From positions 7,433,224 through 7,497,223 of the forward strand of contig NZ_JADWYI010000001.1 of NCBI RefSeq assembly GCF_016904885.1: a stretch of DNA of 64,000 nucleotides, read 5' to 3'. This document shows positions 57,635-64,000 of this stretch, piece after piece (position 1 is the stretch's first letter; the number at the start of each line of letters is the position of its first letter). This DNA comes from [Archangium] primigenium (lineage in GTDB: Bacteria; Myxococcota; Myxococcia; Myxococcales; Myxococcaceae). Under the pieces are notes generated by a model. The model saw nothing but the letters and a program-made list of their open reading frames with translations. It had not been told where the DNA came from and did no database searches. The position numbers and the translations under genes were made by a program.

Positions 57635-59089
57635 ATGCCCGCGTCCGTGCTCATCGTCGACGATGAGAAGAACATCCTGCTGACGCTCCAGACCTCCCTG
57701 CAGCTGGCGGGCTACCACGTGGAGCTCGCGGCCAACGGCCAGGTCGCCCTGGACGTGGTGTCCGCGCGCCCCGTGGACGCCGTGCTCATGGACGTGAAGA
57801 TGCCGGACATGGACGGGCTGACGGTGCTGGCGAAGGTCATGGAACTCAAACCAGAGCTGCCCGTCATCATGATGTCCGGTCACGGCACCATCGACACGGC
57901 GGTGAAGGCCACCCAACTGGGCGCGCGCGATTTCCTGGAGAAGCCCATCGCGCGGGAGCGGCTGCTCGTGGCCCTGCGCAACGCGCTCAAGCACCAGGCC
58001 GCCCTGGAGGAGCTGCGGGCCCTGCGCGCGGAGCACGGCCGCTACGACATGGTGGGCGGCGGCGCGGCCATGCAGCGCATCTTCTCGCTCATCCAGCGCA
58101 CCGCGCCCTCGGAGGGACGCGTGCTCATCACCGGCGAGAACGGCACTGGCAAGGAGCTCATCGCGCGCGCCCTGCACCAGCACTCGCGGCGCAAGGGCTC
58201 GCCCTTCGTGAAGCTCAACTGCGCGGCGGTGCCCCACGAGCTCATCGAGAGCGAGCTGTTCGGTCACGAGAAGGGCGCCTTCACCGGCGCGGTGAGCGTG
58301 CGCCGGGGCAAGTTCGAGCTGGCGCACGAGGGCACGCTCTTCCTCGACGAGATTGGCGACATGCCCCAGGCCATGCAGACCAAGCTCCTGCGTGTCTTGC
58401 AAGAGGGAGAGCTGGAGCGCGTGGGCGGCGCCGAGACGATCAAGGTCGACGTGCGGGTCATCGCCGCCACCAACAAGAACCTCGAGCGGGAGATCGAGGC
58501 GGGCCGCTTCCGGGAGGATCTCTACTACCGGGTCAACGTGGTGCAGATCCACTCGCCGCCCCTGCGCGAGCGGCGCGAGGATCTCCCCGCGCTCATCGAC
58601 ACCTTCCTGCGCGAGGCGTGCACGCGCAACGGGCGACGTCCCCTGTCCTTGTCACCCGAGGCCTTGTCCGTCATGGCCGCCTATTCCTATCCAGGCAACG
58701 TGCGTGAGCTGCGCAATCTGGTGGAACGTCTGGCCATTCTTTGCGAGGGCCCCGGCGTCTCGGGCGCCGATGCCCAGGAATTGCTGCCCCGCTCCCGGGG
58801 ACAGGCGCCCTCGACCAGCAGCGAGCCCGCCCCCCTCCCGCTCAAGCCCCTGCCCTCCCCCGCCCCCCCGACGGGCTTCCGCCCCCGGGTGGACCGGACC
58901 TTCCGCGAGCAGGTGGAGGACGCCGAGCGGGACATCCTCCAGCACACGCTCGCGCATACCCAGGACAACGTCACCGAGGCCGCGCGGCTGCTCGATCTGG
59001 AGCGCGGCCACTTCTATAAAAAACTGAAGGCCCTGGGCATCAAGCGCGGCGAGAAGGACGGCCCGCCCCCGGGCAACGAGGGCGGGTGA
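57635..59089 (+). CDS. Sigma-54-dependent response regulator (NtrC family: REC + AAA+ sigma-54 activator + HTH)
   Basis: Start MPASVLIVDDEKN (Asp54 equivalent in LMDVKMPDMDG). Walker A GENGTGKE, GAFTGA motif, Walker B LFLDEIGD, ESELFGHEKGAFTGA. C-terminal Fis-type HTH. Confidence 0.85.
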   Translation: MPASVLIVDDEKNILLTLQTSLQLAGYHVELAANGQVALDVVSARPVDAVLMDVKMPDMDGLTVLAKVMELKPELPVIMMSGHGTIDTAVKATQLGARDFLEKPIARERLLVALRNALKHQAALEELRALRAEHGRYDMVGGGAAMQRIFSLIQRTAPSEGRVLITGENGTGKELIARALHQHSRRKGSPFVKLNCAAVPHELIESELFGHEKGAFTGAVSVRRGKFELAHEGTLFLDEIGDMPQAMQTKLLRVLQEGELERVGGAETIKVDVRVIAATNKNLEREIEAGRFREDLYYRVNVVQIHSPPLRERREDLPALIDTFLREACTRNGRRPLSLSPEALSVMAAYSYPGNVRELRNLVERLAILCEGPGVSGADAQELLPRSRGQAPSTSSEPAPLPLKPLPSPAPPTGFRPRVDRTFREQVEDAERDILQHTLAHTQDNVTEAARLLDLERGHFYKKLKALGIKRGEKDGPPPGNEGG

Positions 59090-59099
59090 CGTCCCGGGT

Positions 59100-61112
59100 C
59101 TAGCGGGTGATGCTCAGCGCGGTGTCATCGAGGAAGAAGCTCGTCTTGTACGAGCTGTCCTCGGTGCCCTTGAAGGACACGCGGACGGTCTGGCCCTTGT
59201 AGGCGCTCAGGTCGAAGGACTTCTGCACGTAGTCGGTGGACTTGTTCACGTTGCTGTAGGTGGCCAGCGTGGCCAGGGCCGTGCCCGCGCTGTTGAGCAC
59301 CTGCACCGTGAGCTTGTCGTAGGCCGTGGTGGTCGTGGTCTCCGAGGTGACGATCTTCACCCAGAAGGACAGCGTCGCCGCGCAGGCCGTGGAGGGGAGG
59401 GTCACCTGCTGGGAGAGCGTCTCCGTGTTGGTGGCGCCCACGCCGTTGAGCCACGCCTTGTAGCTGCCCGTGCGCGCCGTGCTGCCCGAGGTCGTCCCGT
59501 CGATGACGCCCGTGGACTGTGTCCAGCCGGTGGCGCCGCTCTCGAAGCCCGCGTTGAGCAGGAGCTGCTCGGTGGTGGAGCAGGTGCCGCCCGTGCCATT
59601 GCGCACCGTCACGGACACCGCGGACGAGGTGCCCACGTTGCCCGCCGCGTCATAGGCCTTGGTGGTGAGCGCGTAGGTGCCATCGGCCAGGGCCGAGGTG
59701 TTCCAGCTCGCGCTGTAGGGCGCCGCGGTGGCGCTGCCCACCAGGCTCGTGCCCACGTAGAACTCCACCTTGGTCACGCCCACGTCGTCCGAGGCGGAAG
59801 CGCTCAGGGTCGTGGTGCCGCTCACCGTGGCGCCGCCCGCCGGCGACGTGAGGGTGGTGGAGGGCGCCGTGGTGTCCGCCGTGCCGCCTCCGCTGGTGAT
59901 GAACATCGAGTAGAGCAGGAGGTTGGGCGAGCCCGTGCCGGGGCTGCCCACCCGGCCCGTCGTCGCGCCGGCCGTCAGCGCCGCCGTCACCTGGGCCGGC
60001 GTGGCCGAGGGGTTGGCCTCCAGGTAGAGCGCCGCCACGCCCGCCACGTGCGGCGAGGCCATGGACGTGCCGCTCATGGAGGTGGTGGACGTGTTGCCCG
60101 AGTACGAGGCGGAGGTGATGTTCGAGCCCGGCGCGAAGATGTCCAGACACGTGCCGAAGTTGGAGTACGAGGCGCGCGCGTCGCTCGTCGTGGTGGCGCC
60201 CACGGTGATGGCGTTGGGCGTGCGCGCCGGGGAGTAGTTGCAGCCGTTGGAGCTGTCATTGCCCGCGGCGACCGCGACCACCACGCCCGCGGCGATGGTG
60301 CGCTCCACCGCGTCATCCAGCGCCTGCGACGCGTCACCGCCCAGGCTCATGTTGGCCACGGCCGGCTTGATGTGGTTGGCCGTCACCCAGTCCAGGCCGG
60401 CGATGACCTGCTCGTCCGAGCCGTAGCCCGTGCAGTCCAGCACGCGCACCGGGTGCAGCGTCACCTTCTTCGCGATGCCGTGCGTGGTGCCGCCCACCGT
60501 GCCGCCCACGTGCGTGCCGTGGCCGTGGCAGTCCGCGGCCGTCCCGCCCGCGGTGATGGAGTCGAAGCCGTTGCCCAGGCGCCCGGTGAACTGCGAGTGC
60601 GTGAGGCGCATGCCCGTGTCGATGATGTACGCGTGCACCCCCGTGCCATCGAAGTTGTAGCTGTACGTGGAGTTGAGCGGCAGGGTGCGCTGATCCGTGC
60701 GGTCCAGGCCCCACGTCGCGCTCGACTGGCTGCCCGAGCCCGACACCGACTTCACGCCGTTCTCCTCGATGTACGCCACGCGCGGATCCGCCAGCAGCTC
60801 GCGCACGCGCTCCTCGCTCAGGCGCGCCGAGAAGCCCTTGAGCACGTGCTGGTAGGTGTGCAGCACGTCACCGCCGCGCGTGCGCACCATCTCCTCGGCC
60901 AGCTGCGAGGGACTGACCCGGGCCACGCCCTTCACGTCCTCGCGCAGCACGACGATGTACTCGCCCCGCACCGCGTTGGGCTTGCGCAGCAGCTGGGCCA
61001 GCTGCCCCACCTCCTTCGACCCGATGACCTGCTCCGGCTCCTCGGCCGGGGGCGCTCCGCACGCGGACACACCCAACACACCACAGGCGAGCAGCATCCG
61101 ATTCAGCTTCAT
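59100..61112 (-). CDS. Secreted subtilisin-like serine protease (S8, proteinase-K-like) with I9 propeptide and C-terminal beta-sandwich domains
   Basis: Start MKLNRMLLACGVLGVSACG with GGAGG ribosome-binding site. Asp block AYIIDTG, His block HGHGTHVGG, Ser block GTSMASPHVAG. C-terminal Big/PPC-like domains. Confidence 0.85.
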   Translation of the reverse strand: MKLNRMLLACGVLGVSACGAPPAEEPEQVIGSKEVGQLAQLLRKPNAVRGEYIVVLREDVKGVARVSPSQLAEEMVRTRGGDVLHTYQHVLKGFSARLSEERVRELLADPRVAYIEENGVKSVSGSGSQSSATWGLDRTDQRTLPLNSTYSYNFDGTGVHAYIIDTGMRLTHSQFTGRLGNGFDSITAGGTAADCHGHGTHVGGTVGGTTHGIAKKVTLHPVRVLDCTGYGSDEQVIAGLDWVTANHIKPAVANMSLGGDASQALDDAVERTIAAGVVVAVAAGNDSSNGCNYSPARTPNAITVGATTTSDARASYSNFGTCLDIFAPGSNITSASYSGNTSTTSMSGTSMASPHVAGVAALYLEANPSATPAQVTAALTAGATTGRVGSPGTGSPNLLLYSMFITSGGGTADTTAPSTTLTSPAGGATVSGTTTLSASASDDVGVTKVEFYVGTSLVGSATAAPYSASWNTSALADGTYALTTKAYDAAGNVGTSSAVSVTVRNGTGGTCSTTEQLLLNAGFESGATGWTQSTGVIDGTTSGSTARTGSYKAWLNGVGATNTETLSQQVTLPSTACAATLSFWVKIVTSETTTTTAYDKLTVQVLNSAGTALATLATYSNVNKSTDYVQKSFDLSAYKGQTVRVSFKGTEDSSYKTSFFLDDTALSITR

Positions 61113-61205
61113 GACCAAGACCTCCAGGACAGCAGGGGGAAAAGGGGGAAACACCGATTTAGGCGCCTCCCCGTAGGAGCCGTCAATACCGGGACTCCCT
61201 TTTTC

Positions 61206-61685
61206 CTACATGCCGGGCGCCACGTTCGCGCCGATGCCCACGGCCAGCACGGGCAGCACGCGCCACTGCTTCCAATCGGGACGCGCCCAGGTGGCCGCGG
61301 TCGAGAGGCTCGCGCCGCCGCCCACCCGCAGGGGGCCCACCCGCCACGCCAGACCCGCGTGCGCGCCGTAGGGCAGCAGCAGCCGCGTGTGCAGGCTCGT
61401 CGTCCACACGAGGCCCCGGCCCTCCTGCGAGCGCCACAACATCCCCTCGTAGGACAGCGACTGCGAGGCGTAGGACACCCCCGCGTACAGCCCCACGGGC
61501 AGGGCGGCCACCACCTTCACCTGCTGGAGGAAGCTCAGCGCCACCTCGGGCGTGTACGCGCCGGCCAGGGGCATGTCGTAGTGGAGGAAGGTTCCGGCAT
61601 CCTCGCTCAGCAGATCCACCCGGTCGAAGCGCACGGGCGCGGCCAGCGTCACGCTCGCGGCCACCACGGACAGCATCAACGGCAC
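61206..61685 (-). CDS. Hypothetical small protein, possibly outer-membrane beta-barrel-like
   Basis: 159 aa, signal-like N-terminus, alternating hydrophobic pattern. GC3-consistent. No recognisable motif. Confidence 0.35.
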   Translation of the reverse strand: MPLMLSVVAASVTLAAPVRFDRVDLLSEDAGTFLHYDMPLAGAYTPEVALSFLQQVKVVAALPVGLYAGVSYASQSLSYEGMLWRSQEGRGLVWTTSLHTRLLLPYGAHAGLAWRVGPLRVGGGASLSTAATWARPDWKQWRVLPVLAVGIGANVAPGM

Positions 61686-61706
61686 GGTCCACGCTCCATG
61701 TCGGGG

Positions 61707-63323
61707 CTAAAGGGCACGGGGTTCATCGGGGGTGGGCCTCACGGCGCGCGCGGGGACGAAGGACATGGCCCGCTCGGCCAGCGCGGTGATGGTGAGCGAG
61801 GGATTGACGCCCGGGTTGGCGGAAATGGCCGAGCCATCGATGACATAGAGCCCCGGGTAGCCAAAGAGCCGATGCTGACTGTCGATGACGCCCGTCTCCG
61901 GGGAGTCGCCCATGCAACAGCCGCCCAGGATGTGCGCCGTGGTGGGGATGCCCATGAGCGTCTCGGAGGCCAGGGTCATGGGCAGGCCCTCCAGCTTGTC
62001 CGCCACCCGCCGGGCCAGGTCCGTGGCCTCGGGCATGTGCGCGGTGGGCGCGGGTCCCGCCTGGAGCGCCGTCATCAGTCCCGAGCGCCCTCCCGTGAGC
62101 ACGCCCCGGCCCCGCCGCATGCGCAGGTGCCCGTCCAGCGTGCGCATGTAGAGGAGGATCATCGAGCGCCGCGCGAAGCCCCGCGTGAACCAGGGGCGCA
62201 GGGCCTTGAGCGGATGGCGCAGGAAGAGGCCCACCAGCCCCGCCAGCCGGGACAGGGCCGTGGCGCCCCCCACGTGCGGCGCCATCAGCGCGCGGAAGAA
62301 GTCCGAGCCGTCCGCGTAGCGCACCGGCTCCAGGTGCGAGTGCGCATCCGTGTGGAGGATGGAGCCGATGGCGATGCCCTTGGACAGATCCTGGTCCGCG
62401 AAGCGCTTGCCGGCCACCACGCCGATGAGGGCCTCGGAGTTGGTGCGCACGCCATCGCCCAGCCGATCCGACAGCCGGGGCAGACCGTCCGCCGAGGCCT
62501 TGAGCTTGAGCAGCAGCTCCACCGAGCCCAGCACCCCGCCCGCGAAGACGACCTGGCGCGCGGTGAACGTCCGGGCCTGGCGGGACCGCCGGGTCGTGCC
62601 TTCCAGGGCTTGGACTTCATAGCCCCCCTCGGGCAGGGGCCGCACCCAGGTGACCTCGGTGTCCGCGTGCAGCCGCAGCCCGCGCTTCTCCGCCAGGTAG
62701 AGGTAGTTCTTGTCCAACGAGTTCTTCGCGTTGTGCCGACAGCCCGTCATGCACCCGCCACAGGCCGTGCAGCCGGTGCGCGCGGGCCCCTCGCCGCCGA
62801 AGTACGGGTCCGGCACCGTCTGGCCAGGCGTGCCGAAATAGACGGAGACCGTGGCGGGCTGGAAGTCCTCGCGGCCCAGTTCCTTGCCCACCTGCTGGAG
62901 GATGTCGTCGGGCAGCGTGCGCAGCGGATTCACCGTGGCGCCCAGCATCCGGCGCGCGGTGGCGTAGTGCGGCGCCAATTCCTCGCGCCACTTCGCGAGC
63001 CCTCCCCAGGAGGGCGCCTGGAAGAAGGCGTCCTTCGGCAGGGGCAGCGTGTTGGCGTACACCAGCGAGCCCCCGCCCACGCCCACGCCCGAGAGCACCG
63101 TGACGTGCCGGAAGAGCGTCATCTTGAAGAGGCCCCGCCAGCCCAGCCACGGCATCCACAGCCACTTCTTCAAGTCCCAGTTCGTCTTGGGAAAGTCCTC
63201 GCCCGCGAGCCGCCGGCCCTTCTCCAACAACACCACCCGGTAGCCCTTCTCCGTCAGGCGCAGCGCGCTCACGCTGCCGCCAAAGCCCGAGCCGATGATG
63301 AGCCAGTCGCAGTCGAAATCCAT
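61707..63323 (-). CDS. GMC-family FAD-dependent oxidoreductase (cholesterol-oxidase-like)
   Basis: N-terminal FAD motif DWLIIGSGFGGSVSALRL. GMC C-terminal signature region GLYVIDGSAISANPGVNPSLTITALAERA. Confidence 0.8.
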   Translation of the reverse strand: MDFDCDWLIIGSGFGGSVSALRLTEKGYRVVLLEKGRRLAGEDFPKTNWDLKKWLWMPWLGWRGLFKMTLFRHVTVLSGVGVGGGSLVYANTLPLPKDAFFQAPSWGGLAKWREELAPHYATARRMLGATVNPLRTLPDDILQQVGKELGREDFQPATVSVYFGTPGQTVPDPYFGGEGPARTGCTACGGCMTGCRHNAKNSLDKNYLYLAEKRGLRLHADTEVTWVRPLPEGGYEVQALEGTTRRSRQARTFTARQVVFAGGVLGSVELLLKLKASADGLPRLSDRLGDGVRTNSEALIGVVAGKRFADQDLSKGIAIGSILHTDAHSHLEPVRYADGSDFFRALMAPHVGGATALSRLAGLVGLFLRHPLKALRPWFTRGFARRSMILLYMRTLDGHLRMRRGRGVLTGGRSGLMTALQAGPAPTAHMPEATDLARRVADKLEGLPMTLASETLMGIPTTAHILGGCCMGDSPETGVIDSQHRLFGYPGLYVIDGSAISANPGVNPSLTITALAERAMSFVPARAVRPTPDEPRAL

Positions 63324-63334
63324 GGGCGTCGCCT

Positions 63335-64000
63335 CTACGTCCGAACCACCAGGGACAGCTTGTCACGCGCGCTCTCCCGGCGCTTCGCGCGCGCCTTGCC
63401 CGCCACCTGGAGCAACAGCCGGTCCCGCTCCCAGCGCTCACGCGTCGTGACGTCCACCCGCTCCCAGAGCGGGGCCAGGGCCTCGAGTTGGCCCCTCAGC
63501 AGGTCCATCGCGCCCGCGAGCGCCAGGTGGGTCTCGGGCGCGGCGGGGTGGGCCAGGGCGAGCCCTCGCAGCATCACTCCCAGGGCGAGCAGCCCCTCCC
63601 GCGTCTCGTCCGGCCACCCCGAGCGCCGCGCCACCTGGAGCAGCCAGCCGAGCACCGCCGCGAACACGTGGCAGTCCTCCACCGTCCGGAACGGTTTGAC
63701 GAAGCGCTCGTACCCGTCGCCGGGCAGCACCTCCCCGGGCCGGACCTCCACCGCCTCCAACCGCAGCTCGGCATGGGGAAGCTCCGGCACGAAGGGCGGC
63801 GGCGGCAGGTCGCTCAGGCTCACCCCCGCGCGCCGGGCATCGAGCCGCACCAGCCGCAACCGGTTGCGGCCCCGCTCGTCCTGACCCTCGGTGGCCACCA
63901 CGAGCAGTTCGTCCGCCGCCCGACCCAGGGTGACGAACGTCTTGGTGCCCTCCAGTCGCCAGGGGCCTCCGCTCGGGCCGGAGAGCCGCGTGGCCATGGC
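63335..64000 (-). CDS. Partial CDS at the right edge: hypothetical protein (acyl-CoA-dehydrogenase-C-terminal-like helical fragment)
   Basis: 220-aa track ORF starting at an ATG 3 nt from the window end. Likely the C-terminal part of a longer gene. GC3-consistent. Confidence 0.35.
   Translation of the reverse strand, partial: AMATRLSGPSGGPWRLEGTKTFVTLGRAADELLVVATEGQDERGRNRLRLVRLDARRAGVSLSDLPPPPFVPELPHAELRLEAVEVRPGEVLPGDGYERFVKPFRTVEDCHVFAAVLGWLLQVARRSGWPDETREGLLALGVMLRGLALAHPAAPETHLALAGAMDLLRGQLEALAPLWERVDVTTRERWERDRLLLQVAGKARAKRRESARDKLSLVVRT

Overview
This 64 kb window is about 70% GC and almost entirely coding, with strong GC3 bias. A MYXO-CTERM sorting tail on a giant surface protein places it in a myxobacterial (Myxococcales) chromosome. 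Because nearly every frame is open at this GC content, I called genes only where a protein family is recognisable from motifs or where GC3, ribosome-binding site and start/stop coupling agree. About 45 genes are supportable. No rRNA, tRNA, CRISPR or mobile elements were seen. Start codons are often GTG/TTG, and adjacent genes often overlap by ATGA/GTGA.

Gene content in order:
- 1-5.6 kb, minus strand: a beta-oxidation operon (fadN-type HAD-ECH fusion, thiolase, DmpA-like peptidase).
- 5.7-8.9 kb: an M1 aminopeptidase and a secreted GH16 glucanase.
- 9-13 kb: a sensor kinase and a phosphoesterase.
- 13-29.4 kb: an oxidative-stress group (GFA, ohr/ohrR, RibD_C, a molybdopterin oxidoreductase, esterase, katE, msrB) together with a PLC-like protein, a HAD lipoprotein, a chalcone-isomerase-like protein and a large multi-PAS hybrid kinase.
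- 29.4-30.3 kb: an orphan beta-class DNA methyltransferase.
- 30.4-37.7 kb: a tightly coupled five-gene cluster (SWIM zinc finger / helical repeat / MoxR AAA+ / large DUF5682-like / vWA).
- 37.8-38.7 kb: ppiB and rpmE.
- 38.8-50.9 kb, minus strand: a chemosensory operon (2 cheW, 2 MCP, cheA-REC, cheB, cheR-TPR) flanked by tol-pal-like genes (Pal-like, CpoB-like) and a 5'-nucleotidase-like lipoprotein.
- 51.5-57.2 kb: a 1886-aa S8-protease / Ig-like / collagen / MYXO-CTERM surface protein.
- 57.6-64 kb: a sigma-54 activator, a second S8 protease, a GMC oxidoreductase and a partial gene.

Most interesting observations:
1. The five-gene SWIM-MoxR-vWA cluster of unknown function, next to the orphan methyltransferase.
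2. A 5'-nucleotidase-like lipoprotein gene with an in-frame TGA followed by a hairpin whose spacing and loop sequence (GGUCUG at +19..+24) match the E. coli fdhF SECIS, making it a candidate selenoprotein.
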